A stretch of 63,922 bases of DNA, counting the filler, from Octopus bimaculoides (lineage: Eukaryota), in the NCBI RefSeq assembly GCF_001194135.2. It is 9 parts of 8 records of this genome, joined end to end, with 100 filler letters (N's around TTAATTAATTAA, not from the genome) between each part and the next. Parts side by side here need not be neighbours in the genome. Positions count along the whole stretch, not along the records: positions 28,464 to 42,192 come from NC_069002.1; positions 42,293 to 53,516 come from NC_068990.1; 7 more parts are not named here. One strand, given 5' to 3'. Positions 38,124 to 51,640 of the stretch are shown piece by piece. Numbering within the stretch: position 1 is the first letter of the stretch; each line of letters begins with the position of its first letter. The notes under the pieces were generated by a model. It did no database searches. It was not told the origin of the DNA and was given only the letters and a program-made list of their open reading frames with translations. A program made the translations under genes and the position numbers.

Positions 38124-39120
38124 CTACAATGTTAATCAGAACACAGTAAGGAAAAACGTGAGGTGTTACAATGTTAATAATAAGCTTGAGGTGTTATGAT
38201 GTTAGATTTGACACAAGATATGGACGAGTATGATGTTTGTTCTTCTCTAGGTTTGTATGAGCAATGGAGGAAGCCATATTGAAATATAAATAGTTAGAGG
38301 AAATATTAAGATTGTTCTCAGCATCAGACATTTATTGCTTAAAATATTCAAAAAAAAGAATTAGATTTAATCTTTTTAATATTTATTGAATAGTTAAATT
38401 ACAAATAAGCATTAAACTAAAGTTTAATGAATAATTTTTAATATTCTGTTACATTCAGATATAAGAAAAAGAAAATATGAGCAGTTGTTGTCGTTGTTTG
38501 TGGTGGTGGTGGTGATGGTAGAGTAGGAAAAATATAGTTCAGTTGAAAAACTGCATAGATCAATAAATAGATTCTGAACATTAAACAATACAATAGTATA
38601 ACAAAATTATTGATTTTCCTTTTTTTTGTTTTACATTAATATTGATTTTCATAATAATATTTTAAATATTTTAAAAAATAATTATTATTTATGTATTGTA
38701 AGAAATCAATAGATTTCACACAATATATAAGAGTAATAATAATAATTCTTAATAATTTTGGAGGGATATTAATATTAAAGCCAACAATTTTGGAGGGATA
38801 TTAATAATAACAAATAATTCCTTCTACAAAGAACACAATGTCTAAAATTTTAAGGGAAAAGTCTCATCAAATGCATTGACCCTACTTCTTTTAGCAACCC
38901 CAAAAAAGATGAAAGGCAAAGTTGACCTGGGTAGAATTTGAACTCAGAAATACAAAGACAAACAAAATGCTGCTAAGAATTTTGTCCAGTATGCTAACGA
39001 CCCTGCAAGCTTGTTACCTTAATAATAGTGACTTCAGATTTTGGTACAAAGCCATCAGTTTCAAGGAAGTGGCTAAGTTGGTTACATTGACCCTTAGTAC
39101 TCAGCTGGTACTTTTTTTGA

Positions 39121-39445
39121 TATTATTATTATTATTATTATATTATTATTCAGGTCACTGCCTGGAATCTTGGGGTTAGTAGTCCGAGCTCTTAACCACT
39201 ACGCTCACGGGCATATGGCACAGTGGTTAAGAGTGCGGGCTACTAACCCCAGGATTCCGAGTTCGATTCTAGACAGTGAGCTGAATAACGATAATAACAT
39301 TGAAAAATACCTTAGGAATGAGAACCCAGGTTCAAAATCTCAAGACACCTGATGAAGGCTGAAGGGAATATCAGCTGAAATGTTGTGTTAACAACAAACA
39401 AGATGAGGACAAATATCCTTCGAATGTAAATAATGTAAATAAATT
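39121..39445 (+). mobile_element. Head-to-head tRNA-headed, hammerhead-bearing element (family H1)
   Basis: Inverted tRNA-like head (39141-39214) overlaps at gggc with a forward head (gggcatatggcacagtggttaagag...gagttcgattc). Then an AT-rich spacer, a hammerhead motif and tail gtaaataatgtaaataa. Confidence 0.85.
39344..39389 (+). ncRNA. Minimal type I hammerhead ribozyme motif, decayed (GAAA-TG-TT)
   Basis: GACAC-CTGATGA-A-GGCTG-loop-CAGCT-GAAA-TG-TT-GTGTT. CG>TG destroys the ACGT palindrome. Confidence 0.65.
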
Positions 39446-39741
39446 TAAATTTGTTGAAGGGGAAAATGTTACAGAGAAGGAGAGGAGGAATTTACTAAAA
39501 TGCATAAGTAAGACACAAACTAGCGAAAATGACTAACCAGCTGTGAGAGGAATCAAAAAAAGGTGTATGAACTGTTAACAAAAATCTATGTTCAAAATAT
39601 AACAGACCTGAATGATCTCATACTGCACAGCTTCTGCTGCTTTGGACATTCTTGGAGTTAAAAGCCAAAGAAGAAAAAAAAACAAGGGACAAAGTTTTAT
39701 GGTGGGAATGAAAATGTGGAAACCAAATTGAACATTTCAAC

Positions 39742-39907
39742 AGGCAGGAGTGGTTGTGTGGTAAGTAGCTTGCTTACCAACCACATGGTTCCGGGTTCAG
39801 TTCCACTGCGTGGCACTTTGGGCAAGTGTCTTCTACTATAGCCTCAGGCCGACCAAAGCCTTGTGAGTGGATTTGGTAGAGGGAAACTGAAAGAAGCCCA
39901 TCGTATA

Positions 39908-39960
<53 letters not shown>

Positions 39961-40167
39961 ATGTTTGTGTGTCTGTGTTTGTCCCCCCAACATCGGTTGA
40001 CAACCGATGCTGGTGTGTTTACGTCCCCATACCTTAGCGGTTCAGCAAAAGAGACCGATAGAATAAGTACTAGGCTTACAAAGAATAAGTCCCGGGATCG
40101 ATTTGCTCGACTAAAGGTGGTGCTCCAGCAAGGCCGCAGTCAAATGACTGAAAGAAGTAAAAGAGTA
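39742..40167 (+). mobile_element. SINE family B, full-length reference copy
   Basis: tRNA-like head, ccttgggcaagtgtcttctactatagcc core, internal TA/TG microsatellite and tail gactgaaagaagtaaaagag. Confidence 0.93.
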
Positions 40168-40394
40168 GAGATCTTGGACGGATACGTACAACTATAGAAA
40201 AGAAGATGGTGAGAGAAAGAGACAAGGATGAGCGGCAAAGGGAGTACATTAGGCAGAAAGGATTACATTTGGCTGATGAAAAGAAAAAGGAAAAATCGAA
40301 GCAGTGTCAATCGATGTAAAAGCAGACCGGGTGTGAGAATTTAAAAGAAAAATGGATGATGGAGTGTGACAAGAAAATATAATCTATCACAGAT

Positions 40395-40680
40395 AAGAAA
40401 CTGAAAGAAATGATCGAGAAAATATCAAATTGGGAAGCTTCTGGACCAGATGGGGTTCAGAGATTCTGGCTGAAAAGTCTCCCAAGAACACACAGCCGTA
40501 TACAACCATTTCTTACTGATTATAGAAAGTGGAATGTCAGTGTGAATGCCAACATGAAAGACACTGCTGACACAGAAGGACAAAGAAAAAGGAGAGGCAG
40601 TCAATTATAGATATATTATATAGCATTATTCTGAAAATTATTAACATACCTCTTAGCAGATGAAATATATAACTTTGTGG
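40395..40680 (+). mobile_element. R4/Dong-like non-LTR RT remnant
   Basis: KISNWEASGPDGVQRFWLKSL...TLLTQKDKEKGEAVNYR...LLTYLLADEIYNFVE. Confidence 0.7.
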
Positions 40681-40689
40681 AAAAGGACT

Positions 40690-40812
40690 ATCTTCTCTGG
40701 TATGTCAGGTGCAAAATTTTTCTCCACTCTCAATTTGAAGCATGCGTATTGGCAAATACCTTTAGCAGAGGAAGCAAGGTGGATTTGTGCTATTAATTCA
40801 ACCAATGGTCTA
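40690..40812 (+). mobile_element. Ty3/Gypsy RT fragment
   Basis: IFSGMSGAKFFSTLNLKHAYWQIPLAEEARWICAINSTNGL matches the gypsy F..LDL..AY.QI.L motif. Confidence 0.8.
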
Positions 40813-42151
40813 CAGACTTCAAATGGGTCTTATGAAACTGAAGTCCATGTGTATCACATAAGGCTAGAGATAGGAGTGATGACCTCCCCTTGCAAATACT
40901 AATCAGACACAGAATGTGTGTCATTAGCCAGCTGGAGGAGATGTCTTCCTGGGGCTATAAATGTCAGTACCAATGTTCTGAATAGGACGCTCAACTCTGG
41001 AACATCTTTGAACAAAGATCTGTTGAAATCACACAAAGGGACTAAACAACAACCTGATAACAGACAGCACATAGAAATAGCAGTCAAATCCCTCTTAAAT
41101 TATACCTAGCCATTTCAGAAAAAAAAAAAAAAACACAGGACATTAGTTGGAGTAGTCCAAGAAATACTATGTCTATATAAATAGGGGGAAGGTCAGGTCT
41201 GGAAGCTCTTTGATCAAAGGTCTGTTGGAACTGAATTGTTAACAAATTAACAAATAAAGCTAAGATTTCTCCCAGATATGGAATTTGGTAGAAAAATACA
41301 GAAGCAACATTCTAGTTTCAATTCAATCAACTGAAAACGTCAAAGAAATATTATGAAACACAGTATGAGATTGTGTGGTGCTCATGCATTTTTCAATGGA
41401 ATTAGCAACGGAACTAACAGAAACGGATCTATTTTCAGCATAAACTGAAACAGCATTCAGGATTTTGGTTCTCAAACAATGGAAATCTTCCATAACATTC
41501 TTTGTAGTAATCATTTCAAAAATATTTCAAAAATATTGACATTAAATATATTTTATTGACTTCAATTTGCAAAACAAAACAAATATATATATATATTATG
41601 TGTGTATCTATATATATATACATACATACATATATATATTTTTATGTGTGTGTATATTTTTTCCCATTTGTGTTGGACAAAAAACTGGAATGGTTGTTGG
41701 CTTGGCAGTTGTGTGTGAGAGGAGTTCAATCCCAAGATTCAACTGCAGCCTCCTTCCTCTCTTGTAAAAAACACCAATTACACTCAAATAATTTATTGCC
41801 CAATTCTTTAAACAGAGAATTCCATCATAAAAGACCTCACAACCTGGAATCTCAGTGTTCAGTGGAATCAAAGAATGGCCAATAAAACAATGATCACACC
41901 TGCTTTCTTAGCACCGGGAGTGGCTTGTCTTTAGGATCAGCACCATGGTCTTGGTCTGGGATTTTCTCTTTTTCTCTGTACAGCGACATATCTGAATTTC
42001 ATTAAAAGAGGAATATTTTAGAATTGAAAATAGAAACAGAAAAGTAAATACTAATTTAATTTTAATTTAAAAAAAAAGCAATTAAGAAATAAAGAAACTT
42101 GTTTATTTTGTCTCTCCATCACACCATCAGCAGATGGGCACACACGTACAT

Positions 42152-42192
<41 letters not shown>

Positions 42193-42737
42193 NNNNNNNN
42201 NNNNNNNNNNNNNNNNNNNNNNNNNNNNNNNNNNNNTTAATTAATTAANNNNNNNNNNNNNNNNNNNNNNNNNNNNNNNNNNNNNNNNNNNNATGTATGT
42301 GTATGTATATAAACATACTTATATGTATGTATGTATGCATGTAAGTATATGTGTATGTATGTATGTATGTATGTATGTATGTATGTATGTATGTACGTGT
42401 GTTGGATTGCGTATGAAAAATATCTGATTGTGCGTACGTCTAAAACGTGTTAGCGTGTGCTTCTGCGTGTGTGCTTGTACATGTGTGCATTTGAATCTCT
42501 ATACAGCGTATGCGTGTGTGTGTGTATAGTGTGTGTGTTTGTCTGTCTGTCTGTCTGTGTATGTGTACATGTGTGTGTGTGTGAACCGTGTTGTTGAGTG
42601 TGTATACTTGCATAAGTGTCTGTGTATATGCTTTTCCATACATGCTAATGTGAATACAATTTTATATAAGTATGTATGTGTATGTTTATGTATAAATAAA
42701 AATACATTTATGTATATGTATGTGTAAATATAGACGG

Positions 42738-42776
<39 letters not shown>

Positions 42777-42781
42777 GAGAG

Positions 42782-42834
<53 letters not shown>

Positions 42835-44298
42835 TAGGCGTGGGTAGGCGGTATTTATGAGTGTTGTATTTGCTTTTATTGTCGTTACTAATGTTGTTTA
42901 GACAAGTTTGCACTGATGGAGCAGATCTTAGATCAAAGGGTCTCCAGCCATGACTATCCACTCTGTTTCTATGGCAACATTGTCAAATCCTCTGAAAAGG
43001 CAAAGTCGTCAGATCGTCGGTCAGCACATTTCACTGTATTTCTTCCGACTCTCAGCACTTCGAGTTCAAATCTTTCTGAAGTCATCTGTACCAATGAAAC
43101 CATTTTTTTTTCTTTTCGGAATTGAGGGGAAAAAACAACCATCCAAGGCGATAGATTGGCACCATATGGCCCTTAGGGGACCATATCAGATTTTTTTGTT
43201 AAAATTCATCTGCAATAAATTAGTTATAATTCTACAATACACAAAATATTTTAATGATTTTTTAAAAATATAATTGCTAATAATATTTAATATTTTTTTA
43301 AACATCGAATGGCTAGGGTTGATCCATCCGAGTAAAATAAAAATCACGGGGACCCTTAGGTAAAAAAAAAAAACATGTTAAAAAGCTCTGGCTTATTAGA
43401 ACATCGGACTAAATGTCTTGCGGTATTTGTTCCGGCTCTTTGGGTTCGGAGTTCATATCTTGCTATAGCCTACTTGGGTGGTAGACATAACCCTTTCCCT
43501 GGTTTAAGACCACCACCTGGCATTTTGTGCCTTTTGCAGGGTCTACTCTGTTGTAAGTATTCGGGCTTGACTTCCGGTTTCAGGATACCTTTCTCCAACC
43601 TTATACCTGTCCCAGAGGCCCTTATAAAGGGCCATGGGTAGTGATTTCTCACGTGACTGAATAATGTTTTTTAAAAAATGAAAATGACCTTTTTTAACGA
43701 AAAAAAAACAATTGAAGCGTGTATTGTGAGGGATATTAGGGTGCTGCCTCTAGCTCCGCGATCAGCCATGATTGATTCTTCTCCCCCTCCATTCTCTTTG
43801 TTTCTGTTTTTTACGCTCTCACTCTCTCCTTCTCTGCTTCCCTCTCTCTCTCTATGTCTTTCTCACTCTCTAATTCTTTCGCTCGCTCTCCCTCCTCTCT
43901 CTATCAGTCTGTCTCTCCTCCTCTGTCGCTCTCTTCTATCTCTCTCTCTCTCTCTTTCTTTGGTTCGCGTGGGTGGTATTGATTATAAGTATATTGTGTG
44001 TATATATATATACATGTGCCAGTGTGCGCGCGCGGGTCTGTCTCTGTTTATATGTACATCCGGATGTATGTATGTATCAGTAAAGAGTTGCTGTGATAAT
44101 GTCATTAGCACGCGCGTATGCAAATGACATGAGCAGAGGTGGGAGGCGGTGCTCCGATCGTAGTAGTTTTGATAGAGACGTGTGTCACCGTTTAACACCA
44201 TGTGTGTGAGTGTGTTTCTATGCGTGTGCCCATGCTTGCGTGCGTTTTGTGTACGTGTGTGTGTGTCTGCATCTGTGAGTGCATGCATGTGTGTGTGT

Positions 44299-44400
<102 letters not shown>

Positions 44401-44706
44401 TTAGGATTTCTGAACGTGTGTGTGCGTGTGTGTTTATTGTTGGGTCGTGTGTATGTTTGTATTTCGTTCTGGGAATGTGTGCATGTATTTTGTATGTGAA
44501 TGTATGTGCATGTATGTGTATGCCTAGTTTGGGATGTGTGTGAGTATGGTTGAAGTTGGATTGTATGTGTGTATGTGTGTGTGTGTGTGTGTGAGAGACA
44601 GTATGTGCGTGTATTTAGTTTATTAAGTGTATTAAACGTGTGTATGTGTGCAGTGTGTGTGTGTGTACACATATGCATGTGTGCTTGTGTGTAGGAGGGT
44701 AGGTAG

Positions 44707-44746
<40 letters not shown>

Positions 44747-45382
44747 TTGCTTGTTAGACTTGTTAGAGTTATATATATGAACAGTGACAGGAGACAAACT
44801 ATTGAAAATAAGAGGGAGAGAGAGACGGAGAGAAGGAGAGAGGAGGAGAAAGAAAGAGAGAGACGGAGAGACGGAGAGAAGGAGAGAGAGAGGGGATATA
44901 AGCTTTGAAGTGAGGACTTAAAGAGATTGATAATGAAAAGAAAGAGAAAGAAATGGAAGACGTCACTGAAAATAGGAAAGAGAATAAAAATGAGAAAAAA
45001 GAGAAGAAGAATGAGGGTGAGTAAGAAGGATGAGAACAGAGAGGAGAGAGAGAGAGAGAATGAGGGAGAGATGATGAGATTGTTAACAAGGGAGGAAGAG
45101 AGAATGACAAGAAGAAGAGAAAGAAATTAGAGATTAGCAAACTGAAAAAGTAACATGGAGAACAGGAAAGTTAGATGCGATCTACTTACCTTTCTATCTG
45201 CTTTTATCTATCAAGCTATCTACATCCGTAACTGCCTGTCTCTTTACATCGCTACCGACCTCTCTATCTACCTATCCGTCTATCAATTCATGCGTCAATC
45301 TATTTAGCAAACTATCTCTATAACCAGCCTATATACCTGTCTACATACCTACCAGCGTAGCTATCATCTACTCACATACCTC

Positions 45383-45413
<31 letters not shown>

Positions 45414-45430
45414 CCTACCTACCTACCTAC

Positions 45431-45468
<38 letters not shown>

Positions 45469-45651
45469 GTCTGTCTACATTGTATTTGTCCCATCTTCGT
45501 TGAGCCCTGTGTGGCTAATAAAAGAAATGTATCTGTCTGTCTGTCTCTCTGTATGTCTGTATGTCTGTCTACGTACCTACTTAACTACTTTGTCTATCCA
45601 CCTATCCACCTATCCTTCAGCATACCTAACAATCTATCGATCTCACTACCA

Positions 45652-45684
<33 letters not shown>

Positions 45685-45832
45685 CCTTTTTGTCCCATCT
45701 TCGTTGAGCCCTATGTGGCTAATAAAAGAAATGTATCTACCTTTTTCTTTTTTTCCTTACCCTTTATCGGAATGTTAGTTTGTAATTTTATGCATCCAGA
45801 TCTATACGTTTTGATAAACAGACAGACAGACT

Positions 45833-45891
<59 letters not shown>

Positions 45892-46974
45892 TGTTTTAAA
45901 CAGTGGGCAAATTTTGTTGTTATTTCTAGCGTATCGAAACGGTGTACAGACATCTTTGGCGTCATTGCTGTTGTTTTTATAATGATTGTATCGCTATTTG
46001 ACCCTGGAAAGAAAATTAGTGGACTCGAACTCATGCATATTGACAGACATAATTTTATTTCGAAATTTCAAGTTTCATTTTGTAGATATATGCGATGTGT
46101 GTCAGTATGTATGTTATCGTGCCCACCATTTTCTTTCTTTTTGTTTTTTCATATTAAATTCCGATATAATCTTAATCTATATACTCTGGAAGGTATTTGT
46201 AGAAAATTTCACAAAAAAGAAATTACCCATTTTTCTGAAAGTCATGAGGAAACAAGGCTGACTCGTTTGAATTTTCCGAAACTCCTCACCCTCGAAAAAG
46301 AATTTTCCATCAGATTCCGATGTAATCAGAATCTACACCATCTGAAGTGTATTTGTAGAAAATTCAATTTTAAAAAATATCCATTTTTCTGGAGGTTATG
46401 AGGAAACAAAGTCGCAGAGAGCACATTTGAGTAGGTTTGCCACGAAATCTTCTTCCAGTCACACCTCATAGTTTTAAGAAACGGAAAGAAACATTGAATT
46501 ATAGAGTCCTAAGTACACTATGCCCAGAAGAAAACATGTGATCGTAAACTGCTAGAACGTCTTTCATCATTTTCCTTCTTCAAGCAACTATTGTAACATT
46601 ATCTTATATTACTGGAATTATTCTTACCGACGCAAACTGACCTGTGAAGTTCAGATAACCATCCTAACTTATCACATCAATATTTCTTCTTGACTAAACA
46701 CGAGGTCCTTATTTTAAGGAAGAAATCAGAAGTATAAACGTCCAAACATTTCTGAAATAAAACGTAACGGCTCGCCTCAAAAGTTCAGATGTTTCCTTTT
46801 CTTTCGTCTTTTTCTTTTCTCACAAGTTATATTATAGATGTGGTGCCTTCTACTGTTCTTTTCTTTTTTAACGAGCCCTAGGGATCATAAGGCCTGTTAC
46901 TCGGTTTCCATAACATATAAGTGACCACGACCACAACACTATCTGTGATTGGGACGCCGATCCGTTACAGGATT

Positions 46975-47170
46975 CAAGGCCAGAAATTGTTGACGGGAAA
47001 GAACAAGTCGACTACATCGAACTCAGTACTTGACTGGTACTTTATTTTGTCGACCTTGAAGGGATAAACAGCAAAGTCGATCTCGACTGAATTTGAACTC
47101 GAAATATAAAGGACCGGAAGACATGCTGCTACCCAATTTTTCCGACACGGTAACGTTTCCGTCAGCTCAA
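46975..47170 (-). mobile_element. SINE family D, diverged
   Basis: ctggtacttttattttgtcgaccttgaaggga..cagcaaagtcga..tcgactgaatttgaactc. Confidence 0.75.
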
Positions 47171-48419
47171 CGCATTGACGTACGTTTAACGTTGGGTAAA
47201 TGCGAAGTCTTGATGTTCACACATACCTCTATCTCCAGGGGTATTCTTGTGGCTTTTATTGTGAATCGATTAGTTTCAAATGAGGAGGAACTTTCATTTG
47301 CCTCTACATAACTTGGTTTAGCAGTTCACATTGAGAACCGATCTCTTTCACTGGCATTGATATGGCGCTAAAGAATTGTAAGCAAAATGTATTAATGATT
47401 GGCTATACTCACTTACATGTTTAGTTCTTAAATTATACACACTGGAAAGGAAAAGTTATATGCGGTGGAATTTGAACTTCTTCGACAGACAACATTAAAA
47501 TATTATCGTGTATTTTACTCCAGCAGTCTATCATTTTTGTCACGTCGCCATTTTTTATTTTATCACAGAGCATATATATAGTATAAACTACATCTCGTCA
47601 CTTTATTATCCAACCCCATTAAACAGTCTAAAACAGTTAGAATAAATCGTTACGAAATAAGCTTTGAAAGAAAGGAGGGAAGACTGAAAGAAAGAAACAA
47701 ACAAATAAACAAAAACAAAGTATGAATGGAAGAAAGGCGGAAATATAGGAAATAAAGCATCGAAGAATACGAGAAAAAGAGGAGAAAAAAGGAATTGCAA
47801 AAATAAAATAAATAAATAAAAATTGGGTAGATAAGAGAAATGAGTTGAGGGCTGAGGGCTGTTTTTGAAATAAAGAACGTTGTCTCAGCATCAAAATAAA
47901 TTTAGTGTAGCTGACATTACAGCTAATATCTGGTGTTGTTTAGTGTGGCTTGGTGTCGTCTGATATGATTTGTAAGCAATATTAGTGATGTAATTTTATA
48001 GCAAAGTGATATAACGTAGAAAAACTGCATCACTTCTGTTGGTCATATAACATCGCTTAATCACTGTAAACAGTTGTAAGAAGACAGGTTACACCATTTC
48101 GTCTCAACATATTTTTTACCATGTTATGTTATTTTATCAGCAACTTTGTGTGTATTTGTCTCTTTTCTTTGAATTCCACTAGATTTGTTTTTCTTTTTAT
48201 TTGTTTCTTTTCTTTTCGTTTCATTTTTTTCTTCTTTTCGCTCATTTATACACCCCACGCATATGCACACAAATACACGCAATTCCATTCGCATAAACAA
48301 ATATAAATATATTCATTCATATATACAAGCATTCTTTCACACATGCCCTACAAATATACATACATATGTAAGAATGCACATACATATAGGTACACACACA
48401 CACACGCATATATATATAT

Positions 48420-48465
<46 letters not shown>

Positions 48466-48751
48466 TAATGCAAACACGATATCTTTAAGATATCTTTGAG
48501 CCTGTTTTACATTGATTTTATCCCTATAGTCTGTAGGCATAAGTATACATATGACACATATGAGGGAAAAACACTGGCAAGACATGCAATATGGAGGAAG
48601 GTCGAACGTTAAGAAAGGAAAACGTAAAATACCAAGATGAAATGCAATTATGTTAAAAAGGTCTATATTTATAAGCAATGAAAGATCACTGCCTAAATGC
48701 AGACAATGAATCTATAAGATCGCCATGATAGATCGCTGACCACTACACACA

Positions 48752-48905
48752 TTTTTTCTCTCCTTGTTTCTTTCTGTGTTCCTTTCTGTTGAAGAGCGTA
48801 GGCTCGAAACGTTAAAGACTTTCTCTATTCCCGAGCGTTATACTAATACATCCATTTGTTGTCTACACCACCTGTCTTCGTCTGTTTTTTTTTGTGAATT
48901 CTCCC
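48752..48905 (+). mobile_element. Short hammerhead-bearing pLTR-like repeat (family H2), ending in (TA)n
   Basis: Second copy on the minus strand at 62541-62653. Diverged tail fragment at ~6420-6470. Confidence 0.8.
48782..48817 (+). ncRNA. Minimal hammerhead motif, variant core CUGUUGA
   Basis: CTTT-CTGTTGA-A-GAGC-GTAG-GCTC-GAAA-CG-TT-AAAG. Stem I (CTTT/AAAG) and stem II (GAGC/GCTC) pair perfectly. Confidence 0.7.
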
Positions 48906-50306
48906 TATATATATAGTTCGCAGTTCGCTCGTATAAAAGAGGTATATCATTGTATACCAGAAGTCTAAAATAAATTTATATTTTTAAAAATAATATCGAA
49001 GACATATACATGTACATATACATATATATNNNNNNNNNNNNNNNNNNNNNNNNNNNNNNNNNNNNNNNNNNNNNNNNNNNNNNNNNNNNNNNNNNNNNNN
49101 NNNNNNNNNNNNNNNNNNNNNNNNNNNNNNNNNNNNNNNNNNNNNNNNNNNNNNNNNNNNNNNNNNNNNNNNNNNNNNNNNNNNNNNNNNNNNNNNNNNN
49201 NNNNNNNNNNNNNNNNNNNNNNNNNNNNNNNNNNNNNNNNNNNNNNNNNNNNNNNNNNNNNNNNNNNNNNNNNNNNNNNNNNNNNNNNNNNNNNNNNNNN
49301 NNNNNNNNNNNNNNNNNNNNNNNNNNNNNNNNNNNNNNNNNNNNNNNNNNNNNNNNNNNNNNNNNNNNNNNNNNNNNNNNNNNNNNNNNNNNNNNNNNNN
49401 NNNNNNNNNNNNNNNNNNNNNNNNNNNNNNNNNNNNNNNNNNNNNNNNNNNNNNNNNNNNNNNNNNNNNNNNNNNNNNNNNNNNNNNNNNNNNNNNNNNN
49501 NNNNNNNNNNNNNNNNNNNNNNNNNNNNNNNNNNNNNNNNNNNNNNNNNNNNNNNNNNNNNNNNNNNNNNNNNNNNNNNNNNNNNNNNNNNNNNNNNNNN
49601 NNNNNNNNNNNNNNNNNNNNNNNNNNNNNNNNNNNNNNNNNNNNNNNNNNNNNNNNNNNNNNNNNNNNNNNNNNNNNNNNNNNNNNNNNNNNNNNNNNNN
49701 NNNNNNNNNNNNNNNNNNNNNNNNNNNNNNNNNNNNNNNNNNNNNNNNNNNNNNNNNNNNNNNNNNNNNNNNNNNNNNNNNNNNNNNNNNNNNNNNNNNN
49801 NNNNNNNNNNNNNNNNNNNNNNNNNNNNNNNNNNNNNNNNNNNNNNNNNNNNNNNNNNNNNNNNNNNNTTCTTCTTGTTTTTGCCTTTGTGAGTTACAAG
49901 TGATGCTATCTGTGGGATTCTCAGCTTTTTTAGCTGCTATTTCTGAACTTCGGTATATGGTGAAGCAAATATTTGCTGATCCCTTAATTATATTTATAAA
50001 TATATATGAGCTTTTAAATAAGTTCTCCACCAATAATGGTGCTTTCATACCGATGGGCTTGGTAAAAATTGTTAATTGTTAATTGATTTATTAATTAATA
50101 AATTGATAATCCTTTACCCTTTTAATTTGTAATATATATATATACGTATGTATGTATGCATGTATGTGTGTATGTATGTATGTATGTATGTATGTATGTA
50201 TACACAAACATACACGCACATCATATGTGTGCCGTATAAAAATTTACAAATATGTCTGCAAATGTATATGACATGCTCATTTTTTTTCCCTTTTCTTTCT
50301 TTTCAG

Positions 50307-50382
50307 TTTAGTTTGTTGGAAGGTGCTGCGCCAAGGTTCATCTCAGACGGTCCGAAATCCGATCACACGCATGTACAAACAA
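50307..50382 (+). CDS. Candidate internal exon (FSLLEGAAPRFISDGPKSDHTHVQT or LVCWKVLRQGSSQTVRNPITRMYKQ)
   Basis: Very strong acceptor tttttttcccttttctttcttttcag|, donor CAA|gtaaac, GC-richer than flanks, two open frames. Confidence 0.4.
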
Positions 50383-50944
50383 GTAAACACGTACATACAG
50401 TTCTCGATACATACACAAATATATACAAATACTTATTCAAACGCATACTTATCCGCAAAACATTTCAATTATCCGTTACGATTAATCCTCTTGAAAGCCA
50501 AGGTTTCGTAACTGATCACCCGTACCGCGCTTCATATATAATATATATATATATATATAGAGACAACTAAATTTGCATAAAAACACCTTTCTATAATATG
50601 TAAGCATATAGCTTGGAGCGTGTAACCTGTTTCACATGTTGCCAGTGATATTCATTGAATGTCATATCAATTAACAATAAGAAGCTAGAAAAATTTCACG
50701 AGGAAAATGTTACAATGTTAGTCATATGGATCGTTTAACGAATTATGAACCAGACACGTCGCTTTTCAGGTTTAGATGGTATGGGTTTGTGAACAATAGC
50801 GCCGTTAGATATAGTGATCCAATAGGTCAGTCACTGGTTCATTACACAGTGTTTTCCTTGCAAGTCAAGCGACCACGTAACGGTTTCAGCTGTGATGTGT
50901 GATTGTGTATGAGTAAGTGTGCGTGTGTATGTATGTATGTATAT

Positions 50945-50980
<36 letters not shown>

Positions 50981-51640
50981 NNNNNNNNNNNNNNNNNNNN
51001 NNNNNNNNNNNNNNNNNNNNNNNNNNNNNNNNNNNNNNNNNNNNNNNNNNNNNNNNNNNNNNNNNNNNNNNNNNNNNNNNNNNNNNNNNNNNNNNNNNNN
51101 NNNNNNNNNNNNNNNNNNNNNNNNNNNNNNNNNNNNNNNNNNNNNNNNNNNNNNNNNNNNNNNNNNNNNNNNNNNNNNNNNNNNNNNNNNNNNNNNNNNN
51201 NNNNNNNNNNNNNNNNNNNNNNNNNNNNNNNNNNNNNNNNNNNNNNNNNNNNNNNNNNNNNNNNNNNNNNNNNNNNNNNNNNNNNNNNNNNNNNNNNNNN
51301 NNNNNNNNNNNNNNNNNNNNNNNNNNNNNNNNNNNNNNNNNNNNNNNNNNNNNNNNNNNNNNNNNNNNNNNNNNNNNNNNNNNNNNNNNNNNNNNNNNNN
51401 NNNNNNNNNNNNNNNNNNNNNNNNNNNNNNNNNNNNNNNNNNNNNNNNNNNNNNNNNNNNNNNNNNNNNNNNNNNNNNNNNNNNNNNNNNNNNNNNNNNN
51501 NNNNNNNNNNNNNNNNNNNNNNNNNNNNNNNNNNNNNNNNNNNNNNNNNNNNNNNNNNNNNNNNNNNNNNNNNNNNNNNNNNNAAAACGTTATCGTTATT
51601 AATTCATTTTTCTCAATACTCTCTTTTTTTAAGGTGTCCA

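Noticed and set aside
39205-39285. SINE heads as functional tRNA genes (also 32444, 35729, 54810)
   Set aside because: A/B boxes are present but acceptor stems are incomplete and the sequence continues into repeat bodies.
46150-46410. ORF 45982-46401 (139 aa)
   Set aside because: Overlies a ~160-bp diverged direct repeat typical of DNA-transposon interiors. No domain.
47239-47311. Acceptor followed by GILVAFIVNRL...
   Set aside because: All three frames stop before a convincing donor.
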